From the NCBI GenBank assembly GCA_964533345.1, contig CAZHLX010000001.1:1292-65291 (forward strand): DNA of 64,000 nt, read 5' to 3'. This DNA comes from an uncultured Pseudomonadales bacterium. Its GTDB lineage: Bacteria; Patescibacteriota; Microgenomatia; UBA1400; PJMF01. The translations under genes and the position numbers were made by a program. A model generated the notes under the pieces. It had not been told where the DNA came from and ran no database searches. It saw only the letters and a list, made by a program, of their open reading frames with translations. Shown here one piece after another: positions 19,721-30,800 of this stretch. Numbering within the stretch: the stretch's first letter is position 1; each line of letters begins with the position of its first letter.

Positions 19721-20737
19721 ATGAATGATATATATTATGCTGTCGCACATCGGTCTCAAGAGGAGATTGACTCCTTTAAAACGAGATATGAAGACTTTGA
19801 TGAAGGGGTAATTACTCCCATCTTCAAAAAAGATCTCAACCTAACAGTTAAGAGTATTCGTCAATCAGAGTCGTGGGGATCATCCCACGTAATCTATTAC
19901 GTCCAAACACAGGAGAGAGACAAAGAGTTAGTTTTCAGGGCTAATTTAGGAAAAAATCCATCTCCCGAGAGAGTGATGCTGGTTGAGAAGCTAGTTACCG
20001 ACCAGGTAGCTGAAACTGGAGTGCCAACCAATCGGGTTCTGCATGTCGACATTAGCCGAAAAGATTATCCTTTTGATTATCAGATTCAAGAGAAGATTCT
20101 CGGCAATGACTTGGAAGACCATTTCAGTAGTACCAAAGAGGAATATGACCAGATGAGTTATGAGCTAGGGGTAATGATTGGTCAACTGAGTGAGCTGACA
20201 TATGATAAATTTGGAAAATTTGATGAACAGGCTATAGAGAATGGAGTTCTTCAAGGCACAAAAGACACTTTCTATGATTATCTTGTGACTTGCTTGGAGA
20301 GCGACCTTGATTACTTAAGAACAGCAAACATCCTCTCTAAAGATCAAACTGATCAAGTAATAAAAATCTTTGCAGACCATCAAGAAATTGTGAATTTAGA
20401 AAAAGGATCTTTAGTTCATCATGACTTAGCCGATCACAACATCATGTTTATGGATAATAGAATCACTGCTTTGTTTGATTGGGAAGCTTGTGTAGTAGGG
20501 GATCCAGTTCTGGACCTAGCCTCCTGTCCAACTTGGAGAACACATTTTCCTCGAAAGGAAAGGTTATTAGCTGGCTTTCAATCAGTGAGAGATCTTCCGA
20601 GTAATTTTCAAGAAAAATGGGATCTATATACACTTCGGACCATGTTATGGAAGATGGTGTATGCCATTCGAATGGATATAGTGACTGATGCTAGGGTTGA
20701 GAAGTTTAAGACTGCTCTAGAACCATTTAGCCTTTAA
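19721..20737 (+). CDS. APH-fold (aminoglycoside/choline-kinase-like) phosphotransferase
   Basis: Catalytic loop LVHHDLADHNIMF (HxDxxxxN) and FDWEACVVGDPVLDLA (the DxE/DFG equivalent). Confidence 0.7.
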   Translation: MNDIYYAVAHRSQEEIDSFKTRYEDFDEGVITPIFKKDLNLTVKSIRQSESWGSSHVIYYVQTQERDKELVFRANLGKNPSPERVMLVEKLVTDQVAETGVPTNRVLHVDISRKDYPFDYQIQEKILGNDLEDHFSSTKEEYDQMSYELGVMIGQLSELTYDKFGKFDEQAIENGVLQGTKDTFYDYLVTCLESDLDYLRTANILSKDQTDQVIKIFADHQEIVNLEKGSLVHHDLADHNIMFMDNRITALFDWEACVVGDPVLDLASCPTWRTHFPRKERLLAGFQSVRDLPSNFQEKWDLYTLRTMLWKMVYAIRMDIVTDARVEKFKTALEPFSL

Positions 20738-22121
20738 GGCGTTCCACTGCTTCTTTAAATTGATTTCCACGGTCAACATAATCTTCAAAGTTGTTGAAGC
20801 TGGCAGCTCCAGGGGAAAGAAGAATCACATCCCCTTTTTCTGCATGTCTATAGGCATGATAGACAGCTTCTTGTATATCAGAGAATTCTTCAATCGAGGC
20901 ACGGAGTTCATTGCTGGGGTTGAGTAGGTTTATCTCAGCTAGCAATCTACCTCCGGTAGGAGGTAGAAGAGAAAGAGCTTTGACATTTTGATCGATTATT
21001 TCTTTAGCTAGCTCTTTATACTCTTGTTGTCTTTCATAGCCACCGGCAATAAGGATGACTGGTTCATCCTTGAAGGTGTGTAGAGCTGCAAGAGTTGCTT
21101 CAGGAACAGTCGAGATCGAGTCATTGTAGTACTTGGCTCCGTTGATTTCGGCAACAAATTCCAACCTATGAGCTAGAGACTTAAATGACTTAACCGCTTT
21201 GGTAATTTTTTCATCACTCAAATCTAGTTTTTGGCCGATGATGATGGCAGGCATGACGTTATAAAGATTGTGCTCACCCAAGAGCTTGGTATTTTTAGCA
21301 ATCTTTATTAGTTCTTTGTCTTTAAGCGAGTAATTGATTGGAGAGGCTTGGCTAAGTTTGGCTAGTTTGGGAGCGGTATCTGAGTCTTTGTTAACGATAA
21401 TGGTGTCTTTTTTTGTTTGAAAACGTGCGATTTGAGTTTTAGCCTGGAAGTATTGTTCAAAGTCATCATAGTAATCGAGATGTTCAGAGACAATATCCTG
21501 GATGACGGCAATATTTGGGCTAGATTTGAGTTCAGCGAGCTGATGACAAGATAACTCAAGAACAAAAAAGCTTTGTTTCTGATTCTTATTTTTATTCCAC
21601 TCTAACCAGATGTCGATGGCTGCTCTGCCAATATTTCCTCCAATATATGACTCAAACTTATTTTTCTCTAATAGATGATGAATTACAGACGTAGTAGTGC
21701 TTTTACCCTTGGTACCAGTAATGCCAATAGTGATGAGTTCTGACTTTTTATCAAGTGAATTCTGTTCTTTGACTAGGTCAAAGAATAGTTGAGTATTCGA
21801 GCTGACTTGGGAGCCAGCATCGATGATCTTGCGGACAATAGGATGGGAAACAGGAATGCCTGGGGTTTTGAAGAGCATGCTATTTCTCAGCTCGTCTTGA
21901 GAGATCTCTGTTAGAGAAGTAGTAAACTGAGTTTGTGAGTTCTCCTCAATGAGCTCGGTCCAGACTTTATGTAGCTCCGGGAGAGGTCTTTCATCGATAA
22001 GAATAAAGTTGTTGTTAGGAAGTCTAGAACGCAAGAAACGATAGGTGGAGAGGCCCTCTCTGCCGAGGCCAAAAATAATGATTTGATACTCAGCGAGTTG
22101 TTTTAAAACTTTTGATTGCAT
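20727..22121 (-). CDS. murD: UDP-N-acetylmuramoyl-L-alanine--glutamate ligase (MurD family). D- versus L-Glu specificity is not decidable here.
   Basis: IIIFGLGREGLS (Rossmann N-domain), the Mur ligase P-loop GITGTKGKSTT, and the C-terminal ..LLSPGAASFNNFEDYVDRGNQF. Confidence 0.85.
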   Translation of the reverse strand: MQSKVLKQLAEYQIIIFGLGREGLSTYRFLRSRLPNNNFILIDERPLPELHKVWTELIEENSQTQFTTSLTEISQDELRNSMLFKTPGIPVSHPIVRKIIDAGSQVSSNTQLFFDLVKEQNSLDKKSELITIGITGTKGKSTTTSVIHHLLEKNKFESYIGGNIGRAAIDIWLEWNKNKNQKQSFFVLELSCHQLAELKSSPNIAVIQDIVSEHLDYYDDFEQYFQAKTQIARFQTKKDTIIVNKDSDTAPKLAKLSQASPINYSLKDKELIKIAKNTKLLGEHNLYNVMPAIIIGQKLDLSDEKITKAVKSFKSLAHRLEFVAEINGAKYYNDSISTVPEATLAALHTFKDEPVILIAGGYERQQEYKELAKEIIDQNVKALSLLPPTGGRLLAEINLLNPSNELRASIEEFSDIQEAVYHAYRHAEKGDVILLSPGAASFNNFEDYVDRGNQFKEAVERLKG

Positions 22122-23613
22122 CTTGAATCATCGCCTCCAGCTTAGCGGGTAATTGATGTTGAGAGTTCCATCCTTGCAGAACCTTCTGGGATCGTTTCTC
22201 CAAATTTTGTTCATGCTTGATAACTCTATCCCACACCAGCTGTAAGAGTATGGGTAGTTTATCATGATTTTCTTTAGCTTTTTCAATAGATAGGTAAAAG
22301 GCAGCTGTGCTTTCTTCGTGAGTTCCGACGCATTCAAATGGCTTAGCCTCAGATTTTCCAAGTAATGCCATGGCCTCTTCTATCAGGTCCTCATTTTCAA
22401 AGAGATTCTGTCCAAAAATATCAAGGATCTCATCTTTGGATACAAAGGGATAAAAGCTGACAAAGGCAAATAGACACTTAGGACACTCTCCGCACCAAGA
22501 GTTAGTCTTCTGACCACGGTTACAACTTCTGAAAACAGCAGTGTATTGATCAAATTGGGGACAGTTAAGGAAAAACTGACTGATTTGAATTTCATAAAGA
22601 GGGCGAAGTAGGGAAAAATAGGCCGGTTCTGTTTGGTCAGGGACAAGAGAGTTATCCTCAAGATATTGGTTGAACTTCTGCTCAAACTCATAGGTCTTGG
22701 AGTACTGATGATTCACAGTAACTCCATGATAGACGGCATTGCCTTCATTTGAGCTGCGTTCATTAGAGATAACTACACTGCGGTGGCCAAAGATGAGCCC
22801 AGCAAAACGACTCAAAAATCCTAGATAAGCTGAAAATGGTGTGTGGCCATTCAAATAGCCTTTTTTATTGAGTTCTAAGAGAGTAGGGTCAATAACTCTT
22901 CTGGATACGATGACGCGTTTGGGGTGAGCTATTTTAGAAATCTGATCCATAGCTGGGGTGGGGTTGAGCATGAAAGCATCATGCTTGGTATGTTTCTGAT
23001 CAAAGAAACATAGGGTTAGGCTTGAATCTTTACCTCCACCGATGGGGACCAGATAATCGGACTCTATCTTTGGATAGGAGATATCCTCTGGGAGCCTCTT
23101 TTCTGGGACTTCAACTTTCCAGCTAACAAAATTTTGTTGAGTAAAGTCGATCTTATTAACATAGAAATACTCGCCCATACCATTGATGAGTAAGTCATTC
23201 CACCAGGCTATTTGTTCTGAATTTAAGTATCCAGCCTGAATAATAATCTCTGGAGAAGCAGTAGCTTTCCAGTAGCTAGGTATTTCTGCCAATCCTAGAT
23301 GAAATACCCAGGTATCCCTTAAGACTGGGTTAATAGCTTCCCACTGTTTAGCAGAGACGCTTTCTAGGGTTACTGTAGGGTGAAACTCAATTCCGGGTTC
23401 TACTTTAAAATTGAAAGTTAGTTTTAACCCAGCTTCAGTAATTTCTGCACGATAAGAATCATAGATAAACCGTGGATGTTGGTCTCTTAGTTCTGTCAAA
23501 GTCATACGTTGGCTATTATACGCAAAAGCTGGAGAAATGTGGGTGGTAGATTGCAATGGGATGGCTTTGTTCTTTAAAGATGATTTTTTGATTAAAAACA
23601 CATGTTTTATCAA
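22090..23613 (-). CDS. PP-loop ATP-pyrophosphatase-like protein, candidate MurL-type UDP-MurNAc-L-Ala-L-Glu epimerase. The start is 23613 or ATG 23505.
   Basis: PP-loop-like PIGGGKDSSLTL (SGGxDS variant). Cys cluster CNRGQKTNSWCGECPKC. The 3' end overlaps the murD start by 32 nt. The functional call is an inference from motif plus context. Confidence 0.45.
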   Translation of the reverse strand: MIKHVFLIKKSSLKNKAIPLQSTTHISPAFAYNSQRMTLTELRDQHPRFIYDSYRAEITEAGLKLTFNFKVEPGIEFHPTVTLESVSAKQWEAINPVLRDTWVFHLGLAEIPSYWKATASPEIIIQAGYLNSEQIAWWNDLLINGMGEYFYVNKIDFTQQNFVSWKVEVPEKRLPEDISYPKIESDYLVPIGGGKDSSLTLCFFDQKHTKHDAFMLNPTPAMDQISKIAHPKRVIVSRRVIDPTLLELNKKGYLNGHTPFSAYLGFLSRFAGLIFGHRSVVISNERSSNEGNAVYHGVTVNHQYSKTYEFEQKFNQYLEDNSLVPDQTEPAYFSLLRPLYEIQISQFFLNCPQFDQYTAVFRSCNRGQKTNSWCGECPKCLFAFVSFYPFVSKDEILDIFGQNLFENEDLIEEAMALLGKSEAKPFECVGTHEESTAAFYLSIEKAKENHDKLPILLQLVWDRVIKHEQNLEKRSQKVLQGWNSQHQLPAKLEAMIQDAIKSFKTTR

Positions 23614-23842
23614 GTCAAATTGTGTTCGAAAAATATAAAAAGGAGTTTATTTATTTAGTTAAAACTAGTTGTTTAATCCAAGCTTTGGGTTTTCATAGGG
23701 TGGCTGAGTTGGGTGTAAGTGTAAAATTTGAGTTTGGGTTTTAGCGCTCACCCGAAGAAATAGCGAACTAGGTGGGTTTGGACGAAATTGAAGATAATGT
23801 TATGATTTTAATAGGAATCTTTTTGGGTTTTTACTCACTCCC

Positions 23843-24634
23843 ATGAAGGCATTTTATGGGGAGCAACTAATGAAAAATACCGATAACACAAGCCTTCTTT
23901 TTGATTTAAGCATTTTTAGCAGTGAAAAGACTGCTTTGCTAAGTGAGTTGGAGAAGTGGCTTCAGCAGGCTGCTGGTTTGAAAGTTATTTATACTCCCAA
24001 TCCCGAACAAATAGTCCAAACTCGAGGTAACAGCTCTTTTCAAGCGGCTTTGAAAAAGGCTGATTTGTTACTGCCCGACGGTGTGGGATTAGTGATGGCA
24101 GCTAAGTTTTTAAGTCTTTTTGGTAAAGCAAAACCATTGTCTGAGCGTATTGCGGGAGTAGAAGTAGTGGCAGATTTATTAGAAATTGCTCTTAGGCAGC
24201 AGTTAGAAGTACTGGTGATTGGAGGAAGAGGCTATAGCCCTAGGGACTATTTTGCTTATAAAGGAGCAAAGATAAACTGGCTCCCAGGTTTTGAAGATAT
24301 TCAGCATCCTACTAGAGGAGAGAAGAGCAAGCTTAATAAGAAGATTGCCAAGCTCAAACCAGATCTGGTGTTCGTTGCCTTAGGTGCTCCTGATCAAGAG
24401 TTGTGGATTGAGGAGAATAGAGATCTCTTGAGTAAGAATAAAGTAAGACTAGCGATGGCTGTAGGAGGAAGCTTTGATTATTTACTGGGGAAAGTTCCCA
24501 GAGCTCCTTACTGGTTTAGAAAACTCGGCCTCGAGTGGCTTTTCCGTCTAATAATGGAACCATGGAGATTCAAAAGACAACTCCGGTTAGTCACATTTAT
24601 GAATCTGACTATTCGCAAGGCTTTTAAAAATTGA
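23843..24634 (+). CDS. WecB/TagA/CpsF family (GT26) glycosyltransferase
   Basis: IYTPNPEQIV, LLLPDGVGLV, VALGAPDQELW, VGGSFDYL and LGLEWLFRL are the conserved TagA-family blocks. Confidence 0.8.
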   Translation: MKAFYGEQLMKNTDNTSLLFDLSIFSSEKTALLSELEKWLQQAAGLKVIYTPNPEQIVQTRGNSSFQAALKKADLLLPDGVGLVMAAKFLSLFGKAKPLSERIAGVEVVADLLEIALRQQLEVLVIGGRGYSPRDYFAYKGAKINWLPGFEDIQHPTRGEKSKLNKKIAKLKPDLVFVALGAPDQELWIEENRDLLSKNKVRLAMAVGGSFDYLLGKVPRAPYWFRKLGLEWLFRLIMEPWRFKRQLRLVTFMNLTIRKAFKN

Positions 24635-24894
24635 TCTATTACCTTGTGTTTTGATACCTTACTTATCTTTTTGACCTAAATAATCTAGATAAAATAATGG
24701 GTAATTTTTGTACTCTTTTTACTATATCAATCTAATTCATTTTTTTAATCTGGTTAAGCCTGGAGGTTGAAAATGAAGCTGCTTAGCCTGGGGCACTCGA
24801 TTTGACCCTTGAGTGACCTTTAAAATTTTGACAACATATTATTGTACTCAACAAAGCAGAGAAGCCTGTTTTGTTTTGTTGTTGTTTAAATAAA

Positions 24895-27800
24895 ATGGAT
24901 AAAAACCTGCCGCCATCACTAGAGTCCAAGCCAAGCAAAAAAAGTTCTTTTTTGATAGCGCTTTTTGTGGTCTGCTTTTTTGTTTTTCCCTCAAGTATTT
25001 CTGCTGAGAGTAGTACATTTACCACTAGATCTGATTGGGATGGAGGGGAGAAGACAAGTCTAGAAACAGAGTCTAAGGAGGGTGACCTCAGGCTGAAATC
25101 AGATGGTTCTTGGGGTGCTAGAAATTGGAAAACTCCTGATCTAACTGTGAGTGTAGGGAGTGCTTTTGCTTCAGATGGGACTGATATCTACTTCTCTAGA
25201 GGTTATGGTGACAATTACTTTGCCAAGTATTCTCCTGCAACTGATCGTTGGACAGAGTTAACCTCGATGCCATATGGCACTTACTATGGTGCTGACATGG
25301 AGGTCTTAGGTGATTACGTCTACATGATCTTTGGTGGTTATCAAACTGCCTTTGCTCGGTACTCAATTACTAATGATTCCTGGGAAGATCTAACTGACAT
25401 GCCAGACCTTGTTTATGAGGGAGGAAGCTTAGTCACAGATGGAACTGACATTTTTGCTTTGCGTGGTCACTATAGTCAGGATTTTTATAAATATGATGTT
25501 AGTGAAGGAACTTGGAGTCCGATGGCTGGCATTACTCGCACTACCAGGCGTGGAGCTGATCTAGTCCACATAAATGGCTATATTTACAGTCCTCGTGGCT
25601 ACAACACCAGCTATTTTTATCGTTATGACATTAGTGCCAACACTTGGTCGCAGATGGCTAACACCCCAGCGAGTATGTATGACGATGTTAACTACACCAC
25701 TGATGGGACAGACATCTATGCTACTCGTGGTAATAACACTACTTCTTTTTACAAATACACAGTTTCTACCAATACTTGGTCTACTTTAGCAACAACTCCA
25801 GCCACAATTCGCTACTCAGGGGCAGTTTATCACTCTGGAGATGGATATATCTATGTTTTCAGAGGTAATGGGCAGTATGAGATGTGGAAGTATGACATTG
25901 CTAATAATGAATTTGTAGGTACGGTTAATACTCCAGCAGGATTATCGACTGGATCTGACATGGTTTATTACAATGGTTATCTTTATACCCCTAGAGGTAC
26001 AAATCAAACCACTTTCTATCGGTACAACATTTCTAATAACTCTTGGGAAACAATGGCAGCAGCCCCAGATAGGTTTAATGATGATACTAAGGGCGTAGTT
26101 GCTGGTTCTTATATTTATTTTTATAGAGGAAGTAATACAACTAGTTTTTGGCGTTATGATCCGGGAGGTAATTCTTGGTCAACAATGGCTGTTCCACCTA
26201 GCGGAGTTCGCTATGGAGGGACGTTAACCTATCCTGGCAGTGGGGATTATATCTATGGAACTAGGGGGTCTATGACTAGAACCTTTTGGCGTTATAGTAT
26301 CTCTGGGGATAGCTGGGATGATGGTGTTGTGGCAGATCTACCCACTGATGCAGAAGCTGGGTATGGAGCTCGTTTGGTTTCTGATGGCACAGATGTTTAC
26401 TATACTGCGGGGCATGGGATTAGTCGGTTATATAAATATGATATTTCTGAAGATACCTGGACAGAATTAGCCAACCCACCATTTTCTCCTTACTTAGGAA
26501 CAGATATTAGTCTTAGAGGTGGTAAGATCTATGCCTTAGCAGGTTGGTACGAGACTGATTTTTATGAATATACAATTGCAACTGATTCTTGGAGAAAATT
26601 AGAATCACTAGCTGGATACTATGCCACTGATATGGGTCCATATGCTGGGGCTTCGATTGAGTATGACCAAAGTTCTTCCTTTTATATTTCTCGAGGTAAT
26701 GGTCGGTTAGATGTTTTAAATTACACTCCAGGCAGTAATGATTATGTGGCCAATGGGACTTGGATATCTCCAGCTCAAGATCTTAGCTATGTTAGCAGTT
26801 GGACTAGTTTGACTAGCTCTTCTACTACTCCAGATGACTCATCAATATCTTTTCAAACCAGAAGCAGTAGTGACAATGTCAGTTGGACTGATTGGCAGGA
26901 TGTCAGTGGAACCACCATTGCTTCTTCGGCTCAGCGATATATTCAAGTCAAGGCAACTTTGACTGCCTCGACGGATCGTGGTGATACGCCTACTTTAGAA
27001 GCTGTTTCTATTAATTATGTTGGAGATGAAACTGATCCAGTAAACCCAGACACCTTTACTGGCTCATCTCAGGAGATAGGTGGAGAGGACTTAACCAGCG
27101 GTGCTTTCTATCGTCATACCCGACCATACTTTACTTGGACTGGTGATAGTGATGGTCAGACAAGTGTGGCTGGATACTATGTTTACTTTGGGACCAATGA
27201 GAGTGCTGATCCTGAGACAGATGGTATCTACCAGACGGATGATGATTATGAACCAAATATCAGTGCTACCGGGACTTATTATCTGATTGTGAAGACTAAG
27301 GATATTGCTGGAAATATTAGTGACTCGGTGACAGGTTTTACTTATAAGTACAATGGTATCTCTCCGGCCCAGTCTTTAACTGTCGATGAAACTAGTGAGT
27401 TTTTAGGAACAACTAGTGACACTAGCGTTAGTGGAGATCAAATTAAGCTAGAGAGTAAAGCTGGTTTTTGGTTACAAGACAGACTGAGCTTAACCCCAGG
27501 CTCAATGCAGTATGGAGCAAAGAATGTGGCTTATGTGGAATCAAGTAATAAGCTCTATGTGTTCAGGGGCAATAACTCCACTACTTTTTATGAATATGAT
27601 ATTACTACTGATACTTGGAGTACTAAGGCTGCCGCTCCAGAGACAGTACGTATGGGTGGAGGAGTGATCGAGGGTCCAGAAGGATATCTCTATGGCATGA
27701 GAGGAAACAATGACACTAGTTTCTGGCGTTATGACATTGAAGATGATGAGTGGAGTGATGAGGATGCAACTGATGCACCATTAACTATTTATTATGGAGG

Positions 27801-30800
27801 TTCATTAGTTTATGACGGCTCACAGTATATCTATGTGATGCGAGGTAATAATGATGATGCTTTTTGGAGATATGATACTCAAAGTGATGAGTGGGAGTCT
27901 TTATCTACAGTAGACTTTGGAGCTACTAATGATGCGGTTAATAACAATGCCTATATCTCTGCAGACTTAGCTATTGATCAAGAGAATCAACTTGTTTATG
28001 CAACTCAGGGCAACTATAGAGATGGATTTTCTGTCTATGATATTAATACAAATGAATGGACTGTCTTAACAGATTTGCCGGCTCTTCCTTACTTGGGTTC
28101 ATCAATTGAGTTTGATGATGTGAGTAACTCGATCTATTTCATGCCTGGTTATTACAAAGATCTTCTCTTTAAGTATGATGTCAGTGGCCAGACTTGGACT
28201 CAAGTTTCATCAGCTCCAGCCACTTTCTATTATGGAGGAAATATTCGTAAAGCAGGAGACAATTTCTATGCTCTCAGAGGTGCAAACTCAACTAGTTTTT
28301 ATAAATATGACATCGCTAAAGATAGTTGGCTTTCACCTACCAGGGGTTTGTTTGGCAATGAGTTTCGTAGTAGCAGTTTGCTAAATGTTTATTATGGAGC
28401 AGATATTGTCAAAGGTGATAGTAATAACTTCTATTTAACTAGAGGTTACTATGCCAACAACTTCGTGAGATGGAACTCCCAAACAGGAGAGTTGACCGAG
28501 TTAAGTAATACACCAGTTGGTGTTTATAACGGCTCCTCTATGGTTTATGACAGTACAAATAACAAGATCTACCTCACGGGAGGAGCCTATGTACAAAAGT
28601 TCTATGTTTATGACATCACGACTGATGTTTGGAGTGAAGAGGTAGATGATCCAATGCCGGCTAATGTAAACTATGGTGCCTCAATGGTCTATGACGGTAG
28701 TCGTTATATTTATATGAATAGAGGAGGTAACGGAAGTAACCTTTATCGCTTTGACACCCAAGGCTCAAGTGGTTCTAAGTGGGATACGATGGCTAACGCC
28801 CCGGCTGGGCTAGGGTATGGGGCAGAGCTAGCCCTCTACAATGGTTACATCTATACCATGAGAGGGCAAAATGTAGCTAATAATCCTTTGTATCGTTATG
28901 ATATCTCTCAAGACAGCTGGGTCAGTAGTTTGTCTCCTTTAAGTATCGATATCTACAATGATGGCTTCATGGCTAATGGAGGAGATGGTTACTTATATGT
29001 TGCTCGAGGTGAAAATGATACTGAGTTTTATCGTTACTCAGTTAGTGGAGACGAGTGGAGCACTTTAGATGAAGTTCCAGCTAGTGTTAATGAGGGAGGA
29101 TCTGGAGAAAGTGATGGGGATAGCAAGGTTTTTGTGATGCCTGGTTCTGGATCGAACACACATGCTGATGGATTGTACACATATGTTGCTCAAACTAATA
29201 ACTCCTCATTTGAAGAGTCTGGAAGTTATGAAACTCAATCTCATGATCTGGTAAGTGTCTATAAGTGGGTGAGTTTGGCAATCGATTATAGCTTGGATAG
29301 CAATGCATCTTTATCAATTCAAACTAGAAGTAGTAGTGACAACTCTGACTGGTCTTCTTGGACAGCAGTTTCAAATGAGAAACTGGATGGCTCAACATAT
29401 TACTATCAAATTAATTCTCCAGAAGCCAGATACTTACAAGTAAAATTAAATTTTGCTTCTGCAGATGGAGTTCGTTCAGCAGCAATGAATTCTTATACGA
29501 TTAATTACTTCCAAGATACTTCAGTTCCAACAAACCCAAGCAACGATGGTTTGTCAGCTTATAGCGATGATGGTCAGAGTGATGCGATTGTTTCTAACAC
29601 CTGGTACGCTCACTCAGCTCCATACTTTGACTGGCCAGATGCTGAGGAAACCAATGGTGCTTCTGATGGGACAAGTCAATCTGGTGTAGCAGGGTACTAT
29701 GTTTACTTTGGCACAGATGAAGAAGTTGATCCTGAGCTGGGCGGAGCTTATCAACTTACTAGTGACTACACAGCTAGTGGGCTGACTACCGATACTACTT
29801 ACTATTTACGTATTAAGACTCGAGATGATGCTGGCAATGTTTCTAGTGAAACCTGGTCACCTTTTATTTATAAGTATGATTCTCAAGGTCCCAGTAGCAT
29901 TGAGAATTTAGTCTCAGATCCAGCTGGTTATACCTCTACAAACAGTTTTGATTTCAGCTGGGATGAGGCGAGTAGTAGTGGTGCGATTGTGACAGGCTAT
30001 TGTTATAAAACTGGGGCCACAGAAGGTGACTATGCAGCTGATCAATGTATTACTGAGAACAGCATTGAAGCAGTCCCTGCCTATCAGGCTGGTGCCAATA
30101 CTTTTTATGTTCGATCAAAAGATCAAGCTAGTAACTATAGTGAATACAGTACTGTCTCTTACTTCTTTGCTGATATTGAGAATGCTCCAGCCCCACCGAT
30201 GAACTTAACAGTTACTCCAGAAGTAAGTACTGAAAACTCATTTGCTTTTGATTGGGATCCGCCAGCTGAAGGAACATTTTATGGCTCAGCTTCAAATCTC
30301 TCTTATTACTACAGCATTAATGCTTTACCTACAGAAAGTAGTACTACTACCACTAGCTTAACTGAGTTGAAAGCTGGGGCTTTTGCCACTCTACCAGGGG
30401 AAAACATGTTCTATCTCTGTACTATGGATGAAGCGGGAAATATCAATTATGGCGATTATGCTTCAGTTGCATTTACTGCCAATACCACCGCTCCAGGAAT
30501 TCCGCTTAATATTGATATTGCTGATGTGTCAGTTAAATCTACTGAGTCATGGAAATTGGCTATCTCTTGGGAAGAGCCAACTCAAGCTGGAGCAGGAGTA
30601 TCAAGTTATAAGATTTATCGATCAACTGATAATGAAAGTTTTGAATTGGCGGCGACTAGTGGAGGTATCTCTTATGTTGACGTTAATTTAGATCAAGAGA
30701 TGTACTACTACAAGGTTAAGGCTTGTGATAACACTAATAACTGTGGTGAGTTTTCTGACATAGTTAATTATCTTCCTGACGGAAAATATACTGTGGCTGC

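Noticed and set aside
24871-24894. TTG start at 24871 for the giant ORF (MFCCCLNK...)
   Set aside because: The first ATG (24895, MDKNLPP...) precedes a normal n-region/h-region signal peptide. The upstream eight codons come from a T/G-rich run and look non-coding.
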